This document shows positions 20,885 to 31,437 of a stretch of 64,000 nt of DNA, piece by piece. Numbering within the stretch: position 1 is the stretch's first letter; each line of letters opens with the position of its first letter. The notes under the pieces were generated by a model. It was given only the letters and a program-made list of their open reading frames with translations, searched no databases and had not been told where the DNA came from. Origin of the DNA: an uncultured delta proteobacterium (GTDB taxonomy: Bacteria > Desulfobacterota > BSN033 > UBA1163); contig CAVPSJ010000004.1 of NCBI GenBank assembly GCA_963708295.1, forward strand, positions 800,001 to 864,000, in the 5' to 3' direction. A program made the translations under genes and the position numbers.

Positions 20885-21277
20885 ATGATGATGAAATTGA
20901 GCGAATATTTTGAAAAGACAAAAGGTCGAGGGGTTTTTGCTACTTCAGATTCAAAAGGAAAAGTGGGTACGGCTGTCTATGGAAGACCTCATTTCATTAA
21001 TGAAAAAACCGTAGCCTTTATCATGGCCGATCGTTTGATGCATAAGAATCTTCAGTCCAATCCTTATGCCTCCTATCTGTTTATGGAATCCAAGGAAAGA
21101 TATGTTGGAAAGAGGTTGTATCTGACAAAAATTAAGGAGGAAAAGGATCCTGCCTTCATCGATAAGATCCGTCGAAGAGAGAGCTGCCCTGTTTACACGG
21201 CTTATAAAAACCAAATCAGATATCTCGTCTATTTTCGCATTGACAAGGTTTTGCCTCTGATCGGAGAGAAAAAATAG
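20885..21277 (+). CDS. Pyridoxamine 5'-phosphate oxidase-like FMN-binding protein
   Basis: GVFATSD..G, AFIM.DR...NLQSNP.A.YLF. Confidence 0.78.
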   Translation: MMMKLSEYFEKTKGRGVFATSDSKGKVGTAVYGRPHFINEKTVAFIMADRLMHKNLQSNPYASYLFMESKERYVGKRLYLTKIKEEKDPAFIDKIRRRESCPVYTAYKNQIRYLVYFRIDKVLPLIGEKK

Positions 21278-21335
21278 GATTCGACGGAGCTCCGAATAGA
21301 GCTTCAGAGCTGAATTTTTCAAAAGGGGAAGCAAA

Positions 21336-22244
21336 GTGAAGATCCTGATGACAGGTGGTACAGGTTTCGTCGGAACCCAACTGACATCCCGTTTGATTCA
21401 GGATGGAAATGAAGTGACGATTCTGACCCGGTCCCCAAAAGGACCGGAAAAAGGGGCCGCGGGAATTTCTTATTTGCAAGGAGATCCTACGCAGAAGGGT
21501 CCTTGGCAGGAAGCGATTAAGAACCACGACGCCATCATCAATCTTGCAGGCGCCTCCATCTTCAGCAAGTGGACAGATGAACACAAGAAAGCAATCAGAG
21601 AGAGTCGTGTCAGCACCACCCGGAATATCGTCGAGGGAATACCTTCCCATCCTGAAAGGAAAATCACTCTGTTCAGCACCTCCGCCGTGGGTTATTATGG
21701 CTTCCATGGAGACGAAGAGCTTTTCGAGGAATCCCCTCCGGGAAATGATTTTCTAGCCCAGATTGCTTTGGAATGGGAAGGAGAGGCGTTGAAAGCCAAA
21801 GACAAAGGGGCCCGGGTTGTCATCACCCGTTTTGGCATTGTCCTGGGAGAAAAAGGAGGAGCCCTCAGCCAGATGATTCCTCTTTTTAAGAAATATATCG
21901 GAGGGCCGATCGGAAGCGGAAAGCAGTGGTTCTCCTGGGTTCATATCAAAGACCTTGCAGAGGCCTTTGTTTTCCTGATGAAACACCCAGAGATTTCAGG
22001 CCCTGTCAATGTATGCTCTCCGAATCCGGTGAGGAATAAAGATCTGGCAAAGGCGCTTGGAAAAGCCCTTCACAGACCTTCCTTCATGCCAGCCCCAGGG
22101 TTTATGGTAAAGCTTGTTCTGGGAGAATTCGGTTCGGTCATCCTCGAAGGCCAGAAGGTTATTCCCAAAATGCTATTGGAGAACGGTTTTGTCTTTCAAT
22201 ATGCCGATATCCATAAAACTTTGCAGGGCATCGTGGGTCAATAA
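21336..22244 (+). CDS. TIGR01777 family NAD-dependent epimerase
   Basis: TGGTGFVG, INLAGA.I..KW, SAVGYYG, G.QWFSWVH. Confidence 0.92.
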   Translation: MKILMTGGTGFVGTQLTSRLIQDGNEVTILTRSPKGPEKGAAGISYLQGDPTQKGPWQEAIKNHDAIINLAGASIFSKWTDEHKKAIRESRVSTTRNIVEGIPSHPERKITLFSTSAVGYYGFHGDEELFEESPPGNDFLAQIALEWEGEALKAKDKGARVVITRFGIVLGEKGGALSQMIPLFKKYIGGPIGSGKQWFSWVHIKDLAEAFVFLMKHPEISGPVNVCSPNPVRNKDLAKALGKALHRPSFMPAPGFMVKLVLGEFGSVILEGQKVIPKMLLENGFVFQYADIHKTLQGIVGQ

Positions 22245-22323
22245 ACCTTAATATATCAAGCCGAATCCATATTCCAGTTTTCTGTCAAGTAGGCAAAGGG
22301 GGATCCTTATTCAATAATTAATC

Positions 22324-23442
22324 ATGATTCCAATGAAACTATATCTCCTCTTCTTTTTTTGGTTCTTGGGTTTTATTTTTTTATGGAAAATCCCGGCGCT
22401 TAAGAAAGGGAAAAACCTTAATCAACTTTCATTTAAGATATCCATCCTCATCCCCGCCCGAAACGAAGAAAGAACCCTCGGTCAGTTACTCCACTCCATT
22501 GCGCATCAGACCTTAAAACCCCATGAGATCATCGTCATCGATGACCATTCTGAAGATGCCACCACCGAGGTTGCAAGAAGAGCAGGTGGCATCGTGATGA
22601 CATCAACCGACTTGCCAGAAGGCTGGGCCGGAAAACCCTGGGCATGCTGGCAGGGAGCCCAGAAGGCCACAGGAGATATTTTTCTTTTTTTAGATGCCGA
22701 CACTTTCTTGGAGCCCGAGGGCCTTTCAAAAATTGTGTCGACCTATCTCGAAAAAGGGGGTCTTCTCTCGGTCCAACCCTTTCATAAAATGAAAAGAAGG
22801 TATGAACGGCTGTCAGCTCTCTTTAATCTCATCACCATGGCAGGCATGAATGTGTTTACCCCTTTCGGGCCAAAGCTGAAACCCACTGGTGCCTTTGGTC
22901 CCTGTATGATATGTTCGAGGGAAGATTATTTCAGGGTGGGGGGACATGAAAAGGCCCGGGGAGAGGTGCTGGAGAGCCTTGCCATCGGCAAGGAGTTCCT
23001 GAGGTCGAACCGAAAAGTTCACTGCTATGGAGGAAAAGACACCATTTCATTTCGAATGTACCCAGAGGGATTTCAGTCGCTTGTGGAAGGATTTGGCAAA
23101 GGTTTTGGGACCGGTGCCAATGCGATGTCAATGGTAAGCTTTTTCATGATCGCGGGATGGGTATTTGGGGGAGTCTCGGTGACAAGACACGTCATCCAAT
23201 CGGCTATCATGGGTAATCCGGCAGAACTTGTGGGATGGTTGGTTTTAGATGTGTTCTATATCTTTCAGATCCACTGGATGCTTTTCCGGATTGGAAATTT
23301 TGGGTTCTCCACGGCCCTTCTCTTCCAAATCCCCCTCATCTTTTTCGTTGTTGTTTTTGCATACTCGATCGTTCGCATCTTCTTGGTGCGAAAGGTACGC
23401 TGGAAAGGGAGGGATGTCAAGACTGCGAGAGGGAAAGATTAG
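22324..23442 (+). CDS. GT2 glycosyltransferase, CrtQ/HpnB-like
   Basis: ILIPARNEE, IDDHSED, LPEGWAGKPWAC, FLDADT, FGPC, ISFRMYP, WKGR. Confidence 0.82.
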   Translation: MIPMKLYLLFFFWFLGFIFLWKIPALKKGKNLNQLSFKISILIPARNEERTLGQLLHSIAHQTLKPHEIIVIDDHSEDATTEVARRAGGIVMTSTDLPEGWAGKPWACWQGAQKATGDIFLFLDADTFLEPEGLSKIVSTYLEKGGLLSVQPFHKMKRRYERLSALFNLITMAGMNVFTPFGPKLKPTGAFGPCMICSREDYFRVGGHEKARGEVLESLAIGKEFLRSNRKVHCYGGKDTISFRMYPEGFQSLVEGFGKGFGTGANAMSMVSFFMIAGWVFGGVSVTRHVIQSAIMGNPAELVGWLVLDVFYIFQIHWMLFRIGNFGFSTALLFQIPLIFFVVVFAYSIVRIFLVRKVRWKGRDVKTARGKD

Positions 23443-23446
23443 ACTC

Positions 23447-23942
23447 ATGAGACTCATCTATCTCCCCACTTTCTGGACGATTGTCATCGATTTCATTGCT
23501 TGGTTCATCATTCACATCGGTGTCGTGGCCATGATGGTTACAATTCCCGCGAAGCATTTCAATCCGAATCATTGGCTGTACAGGAGCAGGAAATGGGAGG
23601 GAGAGGGGAATGTCTATCAGGACGTTTTTAAAATTAAAAAATGGAAACAACATCTCCCCGATGGAGCACGGGTCCTCGGACGTCTTGGGCTTTCAGAAGA
23701 AGCAACTAAACAATAAGAGCATGGAATACTTCGAGGCTTTCCAAATTGAGACCTGCCGGGCTGAGTTGACACACTGGATGATTATTCTTTTTGCGCCTTT
23801 TTTCTTTCTATGGAATCGCCCGGGGGTCGGCCTTTTCATGATTTTCTATGCCCTCCTTGAAAATATTCCATTCATTATTGCTCAGAGGTATAATCGACAT
23901 CGGTTCAAACGTCTTTTGGAACAGAATAGACTGAAATCTTAA
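23447..23942 (+). CDS. CrtO-like glycosyl-carotenoid acyltransferase (1 frameshift)
   Basis: IKKWK..LPDG, F.KK.L, ETCRAELTHW, N.PFIIAQRYNR.R. Confidence 0.8.
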
Positions 23943-23948
23943 GTCCTG

Positions 23949-24896
23949 ATGATGAAGACATCCATTCTTATTGTAGAAGATCTGTGGAAACGCTACGCCC
24001 AGACCGATGCGGTGCGGGGGCTAACCTTCGAAATTTCCAAAGGGGAGTTTTTCGGTCTCCTGGGCCCCAATGGCGCCGGTAAAACAACCTCGATTGGACT
24101 CTTATCCGGGTTGATCAAACCCACCCGAGGACGTATCTCAATCGCCGGGGTCGATCTTTTTTCAAGACCCATGGAGGCAAAGGCCAGACTGGGTTTGGTC
24201 CCTCAAAGTTTTGCCCTATACCCCAGCTTGTGTGCCCGTGATAATTTGGTCTTCTTTGGAAGAATCTATGGGTTGAAGGGAAAGCGTTTAAAAGAACGAA
24301 TGAGCCCGTGTCCTGGAGATCGTTGAGTTCACGGATCGTGCCAAACAAACCGTGTCAACCTTTTCCACCGGGATGAAGCGACGACTCAATATCGCTGCAG
24401 GGCTTCTTCATGAACCGGATATTCTTATTCTTGATGAACCAACGGTCGGCGTCGATCCACAGAGTCGAAATGCGATTCTTGAAAGTATCAAATCCTTGAA
24501 TCAGTCCGGAGTCACGGTTTTGTACACCACCCATTATATCGAGGAAGCCCAGCGCCTGTGTGACCGTGTTGCCATTATCGACCAGGGAAAGATCATTGCG
24601 CTCGATCAGCCCGGCTCGGCTGATCCGAGATTTGGGAAAGGCGAATATCCATATGGAGTTTAACATCAGGTATCGATCACGAGCTCCTGAGTCAATTGGA
24701 ACATATCGGGTTGGTCAGGGTCATCGATGATCAAAGGAGGAAGATCCATGTTGAAACGAATCGCATTGATGAAGCTTCAAGAGAGCTTCTGGAATTGATG
24801 AAGACACGGGATGGACTCATCAAGACCTTAGACATTTCAGAGCCGAATTTGGAGACCGTTTTTATCCATTTGACAGGCAGAAATCTGAGGGATTAG
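23949..24896 (+). CDS. ABC-2 exporter ATP-binding subunit (frameshifted)
   Basis: GPNGAGKT, FSTGMKRRLN, LDEPTVGVDPQSR, EPNLETVF..LTG. Confidence 0.9.
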
Positions 24897-24928
24897 AAGA
24901 AGAAAGGAATATCCATACGTTTAGAAGA

Positions 24929-26170
24929 ATGATTTACCAGATCATTGCCATCACTCTCAAGGAACTGAAGGTCCTTTGGCTGGATCGTGAAGCCCTGGCT
25001 TTGCTTTTTGCCATGCCTATGTTTTTTATTCTCGTGATGAGCTTCGCTTTAGAAGGAGTTTTTCAAGCAGGGAGCAAAGGTCATCCCATTGAAATCTTGG
25101 CTGTTCACCAAAATGGGGGCTGGTTGGCTGACCAGACGATTGCGGATCTCAAACGCATGGAAGGTTTGATCCTGACCGAGACCTATGAGGGAATTCCCCT
25201 TACCCCTGACAAGGCAGAGCAATTGATCGGCAAGGGTGTCCATTCTTTAGCCCTTGTTTTCCCAGAAGGGCTATACAGAACAGGTTCTAAAAACATCGAA
25301 GGACCCCCGGAAGGAGAAGGCCACCGTCTATCTGGTCAGCGATCCGGCGATCAACCTTCAACTCTTGGCCACCGTGAAAGGAGCGATCCAGGGAGCGATC
25401 GAGCGTCAGGTTTTATTAGCAAGAATACCCCAACGGCTCAAAGAGATCTTCGGGACACTCGAGGGGATGGAGGGGCAGCTTGACAGCATGCTGGGAAATA
25501 CGAATATCAGTGAACATGAAAGGTCTCGTGTTGATTTGATCCACACATTTCCAAAAGGGTTTAACGCCGGAAGACGCCCTACCGCCACGGAGCAGAATGT
25601 TCCGGCTTATACTATTTTTGGTGTCTTTTTCATCGTTCTGACCTTGGCCTCGAGTTTCTTGCAGGAAAAGAAGGATGGTACATTCCAGAGAATTCTGGCG
25701 GCCCCATTATCCAAAACAGCCCTTCTCATCGGGAAACTCTTCCCTTACTATCTTGTGAACTTGATTCAAATTGGACTGATGTTCAGTATTGGCGTCGTGG
25801 TGTTCGGAATAAGCTCGGACATCTCCCGGCATTGGTCATTGTTTCCTTAGCCTTGGCAGCGGCAGCGAACGGTTTAGGACTCTTGGTAGCGGCTCTGGGC
25901 AAGACCGAGCCGCAGGTAAATGCTCTATCGGTTCTTCTGGCCATCACCCTTTCTGCCCTAGGAGGGATGATGGTGCCTACTTTTATCATGCCCGATCTGA
26001 TGAAGACCCTTTCTCTTTTTACGCCCCATGCCTGGGCCTTGGCAGGATATCATGACGTGATCATCCGAGGTCTGGAAGTGAAAGACGTCTTGACCGAAAT
26101 GCTCGTGCTTTTGGGGTTCGCTTCTTTTTTCTTCGTCATAGCGCTTTGGCGTTTCCGGTTTGATGAGTGA
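24929..26170 (+). CDS. ABC-2 exporter permease (frameshifted)
   Basis: KELK...DR.AL.LLF.MP, QNVPAYTIF, EK..GT..R..AAP, LGG.MVP. Confidence 0.88.
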
Positions 26171-26419
26171 GTTAACCTCACCGTCGCAGAAACAGACGAG
26201 GAAATACCGATCAATGATCTTAGTTTCTTGAGATGGACATGGAGTCCATCCCGTTTCGATCCCTCATCCGTGATCCGGTTTGGGGCCGGCGGAAAAAGTC
26301 AACAGGGACAAATTTTTTAGGGACGTTTGAGTAAACTCTTAAGACGGGGACAAGAACTGAGGAAAGCCATCTCTCTTCCCTTTCGTGATATGCCTTGATG
26401 AACCCGACTGTTATGCCGA

Positions 26420-27308
26420 TCAAATCCATGTCACGCTCTTCAGCTCTCTTCTTATTCCCCTTTGATAATGATGCTTAGGGTAGCCTAAGATCATCGAGGC
26501 TACCACCTGGTTGCCCTCTGGAATCGAAAACATTTTTCTCAGCTCCGGGCTGTGCTGTATCGCCGGGGGAATAATATCCATGGCCGAACCGCCTAATCCC
26601 AGGGCATGAGCCGCCAGGAACCCATAGGTCAGAGCAACGTAAGCATCCGCCTCATAATTCTCCGCGGTTTTGCTGGCATGAAACACGATCATCGCAGGCG
26701 CATGTCTCGTCAAGGTATCTTCTTCTCCTCTTTTCAATTCGGGCAATCGGCTTTTCATGAGTGGAACGACATGATTCTTAATGGTGTTGAACTTTTCTTT
26801 TCCTACTTCGCGGCGGATGAAAAAGCGTCCGATGGGGTTGCCCATGGCCTTTACCAGATCGTCATAAAGCTTTATCATATAGGGCAATGCTTTGCGGATG
26901 ATTTCAGTATCTTGAACAACCACGATTTCCGTTTTGATAGGGGTAAAACCAGGAGGCGCAAAGGTGATCGCCTGAACGACTTTCTCCAATACCTCCTTTG
27001 GCACAGGTTGATCTTTGAAATTTCGTATGGCCCGTCGGGTTGAGATCATGTTGAAGAAAGGAGCTTCCACAGCGAACTTTTCCGGAATCTCGAAGAAATC
27101 CCTGGAATAAGACAAACCCTCGATCCGGATGGATTTTGTCGGGCAAATGGCCATGCATTGGCCGCACTTCATGCAAAACTGCAGCCTGTCCTGGCGAAAG
27201 GTGATTCTGCCCAAGAGGGTTCTTCAACAGGATCTTGTTCGGACAGACCTCGCCGCATAACCCACAAGCTTTGCACGTCTGTTGATCGATGCTAATGGAA
27301 TTGTCCAT
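26420..27308 (-). CDS. Nitroreductase with N-terminal 2x[4Fe-4S] ferredoxin domain (1 frameshift)
   Basis: CKACGLCGEVCP, CMKCGQCMAICP, RRAIRNFK, LAAHALGLG. Confidence 0.88.
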
Positions 27309-27562
27309 AAAGCGCATCTTTGGGAAAATACTTTTTTGGGAAAATACCTTACCCTATCACGCTCCTGTTCCGTCTATTGTGTAAACGTGCCGCCGCGGTG
27401 GCGTATTCATTCGACCAGCATAACATACACTTTTTTGGAGCTTTTTGGAAGCGCACAGCCCCATCTCCAACCTCTTCTTTTTTACTTCCACTGGACATTC
27501 ATGTTATAATTTTGGCCTTGTGTGGATAGGTCGATGTTTTGTTTTGGGCTGAGGTAAGGGAT

Positions 27563-28714
27563 TTGGACCTGGCACTTTCGATAAAGCAGAAACAACTGCG
27601 ACGGGTGGCACGCCAATTCGCCAAGACGGAGCTCGCTCCCATCGCCAAGGAGATCGACGAAGAAGGCCGTTTCCCGTGGGAAGCGGTTGAAAAGATGGGA
27701 TCCCTTAATCTCTTCGGGATTCAGGCTCCCAGAAAATACGGTGGTGCCGAAACAGACTCCATCTCTTATTGCCTTGTGATTGAGGAGATTTCCCGTGTAT
27801 GTGCATCCATGGGGCTGATGTTGGCCGTTCATAACGGCGTTGTGGTCCACCCCATCCATCAGTTCGGAAAGGATGAGCAGAAGGCAAAATTCCTTTCCCC
27901 TCTGACGGCAGGCGAAAAGATCGGCGCATTTTGTCTCACCGAGCCCAATGCAGGCTCAGATGCCATGGCCATCGAATCAACCGCCCTCAGGGAGGGCGAT
28001 TCATACATTGTCAATGCCAATAAGATATTCGTCACCAACGGCGGGGTGGCCGACATCTTGATTATTTTTACTTCGGTAGATCCGGGCAATGTCAAGAAAG
28101 GCTTTAGTGCCATTCTCGTGGAACGCGGCACCCCGGGATTTGAGGTGGGCCTCCTCGAAAATAATTGCGGGATGCGTGCCAATCCTGTTAGCTCGATCAT
28201 CTTGAACGACTGTCGAGTGCCGAAGACCAACCTACTGGGCCGGGAAGGAGAAGGATTTAAGGTGGCGATGGCGGCTTTGGATAACGGTCGAATTGGTATT
28301 GCGGCTCAGGCTGTGGGAATCGCTCAAGGTGCTCTGGATGTTTCCCTCAAGTATGCGAAAGAACGTATTCAATTCCGCGTCCCTCTGGCGCAGCATCAGG
28401 CCATTCAATTGATGCTCGCCGACATGGGCACGATGGTAGAAGCGGCGAGGCTGCTGACATTGAACGCTGCCCATGTCAAAGATCAGGGAGGCGATCTCGC
28501 CGCTCCGTCTGCAATGGCCAAGCTCTTTGCCGGCCGAACCGCTTCAAAGGTCGCCTCGTTGGGTGTACAGATTCACGGAGGCTATGGATACAGCAAAGAT
28601 TACCCCATCGAGCGCTATTTCCGCGATGCCCGGGCTACGGAGATTTATGAAGGCACCAATGAGATTCAACAGATCGTCATTGCACGAGAGTTGTTAAAGC
28701 GAGGCGAGGAGTGA
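27563..28714 (+). CDS. Acyl-CoA dehydrogenase (butyryl-CoA dehydrogenase-like)
   Basis: FCLTEPNAGSDA, K.FVTNG, GRIGIAAQAVG, QIHGGYGY, IYEGTNEIQ. Confidence 0.95.
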   Translation: MDLALSIKQKQLRRVARQFAKTELAPIAKEIDEEGRFPWEAVEKMGSLNLFGIQAPRKYGGAETDSISYCLVIEEISRVCASMGLMLAVHNGVVVHPIHQFGKDEQKAKFLSPLTAGEKIGAFCLTEPNAGSDAMAIESTALREGDSYIVNANKIFVTNGGVADILIIFTSVDPGNVKKGFSAILVERGTPGFEVGLLENNCGMRANPVSSIILNDCRVPKTNLLGREGEGFKVAMAALDNGRIGIAAQAVGIAQGALDVSLKYAKERIQFRVPLAQHQAIQLMLADMGTMVEAARLLTLNAAHVKDQGGDLAAPSAMAKLFAGRTASKVASLGVQIHGGYGYSKDYPIERYFRDARATEIYEGTNEIQQIVIARELLKRGEE

Positions 28715-29499
28715 TGGACATCATTGTATGCATTAAGCAGGTCGTGGCCGGGGACCGCGTGAAGATCGATCCGCGAACATATAGTCTCGTCCGCTCCTCA
28801 GAATTCTCCTATATCAATCCTTTCGATCTATTTGCTCTCGAGATGGCAATGCGACTGAAGAAGGAGCATTCTGGCTCCATCACGGCAGTAACGATGGGAC
28901 CGAAGATCAGCGAAGAGGTGCTCTGGGAGGCTTTGACCCTGGGGGCTGACCGGGCCATACTCCTCTCCGACCCGCGGTTTTCCGCAAGCGATACCCTGGC
29001 CACATCGTACGTACTGGGCATGGGCATCCGAAAGATCGGAAAATTTGACCTGATCCTTTGCGGAATGCGAACAACGGACGGAGATACCGGGCAGGTAGGT
29101 CCCCAATTGGCCGAGGAATTGGACCTTCCCTGCATCAGCGCCGTAGAGAAATTGGAGAGAGGGAAAGGCTCCTTCCGTGTAGAAAGAGTTTCCGACGGTT
29201 TTAGGGAAATCGTAGAAGTCTCCGCACCTGCATTACTCACGGTCTCTTCAAAGACGGCGGTGCGCCTCCCGAGCTTAATGGACATCCAAGACACCTTCAC
29301 GCGAAACTCCATCGGGTGCTGGAATTTGGAGGACTTGAACGCGGATCCAAACAAGGTGGGTCGCGTTGGATCCGGGACGTGGGTGGAGGGATTGACCCCG
29401 GCCGCCCAGAAGAAATCCTGTATTTTTATTGAAGGGGACGCGCGAGAGCAAGCCAGGGTGCTTTTGTCAAAACTGATCGAGAAGAATCTGTTCTCTTAA
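28711..29499 (+). CDS. etfB: Electron transfer flavoprotein beta subunit
   Basis: IVCIKQV, INPFD..ALE, SDTLATS, GMRTTDGDTGQVGP. Confidence 0.94.
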   Translation: MMDIIVCIKQVVAGDRVKIDPRTYSLVRSSEFSYINPFDLFALEMAMRLKKEHSGSITAVTMGPKISEEVLWEALTLGADRAILLSDPRFSASDTLATSYVLGMGIRKIGKFDLILCGMRTTDGDTGQVGPQLAEELDLPCISAVEKLERGKGSFRVERVSDGFREIVEVSAPALLTVSSKTAVRLPSLMDIQDTFTRNSIGCWNLEDLNADPNKVGRVGSGTWVEGLTPAAQKKSCIFIEGDAREQARVLLSKLIEKNLFS

Positions 29500-29586
29500 T
29501 CGTTGCATCAGTCGCGTTGCTGGAGGTAGGTGAATGCGTGGGAAGTTCTGCTTTATAGAGTTTTGGAAGCACACTCACCGGCTGAC

Positions 29587-29764
29587 TTACTAATGAATAC
29601 ATAATTGAGAAGACATAATGATACTACCCTCACACCCCCCATCCCCCTCCTAACCCCCCCCTTGAAGGGGGAGGAACATTACGATTTCCCTCCCCTTCAG
29701 GGGGAGGGGACGGGTGGGGGTGGGATTAATTCAGATGTCTATTCAATTATGGACCTATTCATAA
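29587..29764. mobile_element. MITE-like element, copy 2, between etfB and etfA
   Basis: About 30-bp imperfect TIRs (TTACTAATGAATACATAATTGAGAAGACAT / ATGTCTATTCAATTATGGACCTATTCATAA); aligns along its length with 45197-45370. Confidence 0.75.
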
Positions 29765-29788
29765 TCCGGCGGTAGGTTATCTTAAAAA

Positions 29789-31375
29789 ATGGCTATGAAA
29801 AAAGATTTGGAGATTTGGGTATTTGGAGACCATCGCCGTCACCCTAAGGATCGTTTGACTCTGCAGGTGTTGGGGCATGCCCGGGCTCTTTCCGGCGACG
29901 GAGGAAGAGTGACGGCAGTGATCCTGGGAAATCAGGTGGAAGAAGTCGCCAGGGAATATATTGCCTGTGGTGCCCAGCGCATCCTGCTCGTAGATCATCC
30001 GCAACTGGCTCTTTATCGCGCGGATCTATTCACCGCCATCATCAGTGATCTGATTCGGGAGCATCAGCCGGACGTCTTTCTGACGGGAGCTTCGGAATTT
30101 GGCAAAGAATTGGCAGCCGGAATCGCCAAGCGAATCGGGGTGGGACTCGGCGCGGATTGCGTCTCGATAAATTGGGATGAAGAGAAGAAGAGCCTGATCG
30201 GGTTCAGTCCGGCCTTCGGCGGCAACTTCTTGGCACGAATTGTCTGGAGTTCTTCCAAACCGTGCATGGCCACGTTGAGCTCCGGAACCTTTCCAGAGCG
30301 ACCCCATGATCAGGCTGCTCATGGAGAGATCGTGAAGGTGGAGAAGGATCTGGATTACGTCTCGTCCAGAGTTAAAGTGATTTCCTCTGTTCGCGAACCG
30401 CACCATACCGCCAGACTGGAGGATGCAAGGATCGTCGTTGTGGGTGGTCGAGGGATCAAGAATTTGCAGGGGTTCAACGACATCCGGGAGTTGGCCTTGC
30501 TTTTGGGGGGCGAGGTGGGAGCAACCCGACCCGCCGTCGATGCCCACTGGACTTCGCACGAACAGCTGATCGGGCAGACCGGGAAAGCGATTAAACCCGC
30601 TCTGCTGATCACCTGCGGTACCTCCGGTGCCATCCAATACACCGCCGCTGTCGGAGGGTCCGGGACGATTGTGGCAGTGAACCGGGACCCACGGGCACCG
30701 ATATTCAAGGTGGCTGACTTCGGGATTGTGGCTGACACACTCTCCTTTCTTCCCGCCTTTATTGGGGAGGTAAAAAATCATCTCTTTAGGGAGATTACAG
30801 ATCTTTATCGAATCCAGGTAAAAACCGGCAGAGATCAGATGACGGTCTCCTTTGGCCAGCGGATCAAGAAGCTAAGGGAAGACCGAAAAATGAGCATGGC
30901 AGATTTGGCGGAAAAAACTGGCCAGCCGCCGGAGTTCATCGAGCAAGTCGAATCGGACAGCCTGACGCCTCCGGTTTCCTTTTTGTTGCAGCTCTCCAAT
31001 GCCCTTCAAATTGACCCCAGTAACTTTCTGACCGACCAGGAAAAGATTCAAATTGACGGAAAGAGGCAGGAAAGCTTTGCGAAGCGCACTCAGAACTATT
31101 CTTACCGAACCCTGACCCCGGGGGCTGCGGATAAACATCTCCGGTCGTTCATGGTCACCATTGAACCCAAAGAGAAGCATAAGATGGTGGAGTACAAGCA
31201 TCCGGGAGAGGAGTTTATCTTTGTCTATAAGGGGGAGCTGGAGCTCACCCTGGGAAACAAAGTGATCTTTTTGAAACAGGGAGAAACGATGCATTTCGAT
31301 TCCGAAACCAAACACAAGCTCCGAAACGTTACGGATGAAAAATGTGAACTCATCGTCACGCTGTACACCCCTTAG
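29789..31375 (+). CDS. etfA: ETF alpha subunit fused to an XRE HTH + cupin domain
   Basis: GLGADC, VVGGRG, GATRPAVD, IGQTGK, SGAIQY; then GQRIKKLRE...MADLAEKTG HTH and HPGEEFIFVYKG...GETMHFDS cupin in one frame. Confidence 0.88.
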   Translation: MAMKKDLEIWVFGDHRRHPKDRLTLQVLGHARALSGDGGRVTAVILGNQVEEVAREYIACGAQRILLVDHPQLALYRADLFTAIISDLIREHQPDVFLTGASEFGKELAAGIAKRIGVGLGADCVSINWDEEKKSLIGFSPAFGGNFLARIVWSSSKPCMATLSSGTFPERPHDQAAHGEIVKVEKDLDYVSSRVKVISSVREPHHTARLEDARIVVVGGRGIKNLQGFNDIRELALLLGGEVGATRPAVDAHWTSHEQLIGQTGKAIKPALLITCGTSGAIQYTAAVGGSGTIVAVNRDPRAPIFKVADFGIVADTLSFLPAFIGEVKNHLFREITDLYRIQVKTGRDQMTVSFGQRIKKLREDRKMSMADLAEKTGQPPEFIEQVESDSLTPPVSFLLQLSNALQIDPSNFLTDQEKIQIDGKRQESFAKRTQNYSYRTLTPGAADKHLRSFMVTIEPKEKHKMVEYKHPGEEFIFVYKGELELTLGNKVIFLKQGETMHFDSETKHKLRNVTDEKCELIVTLYTP

Positions 31376-31437
31376 ACAAAATGGCACGGCAGGTCGTCCC
31401 TTTTTCCCTCTTTCGTCTTTATGCCATGGGTGATCTT

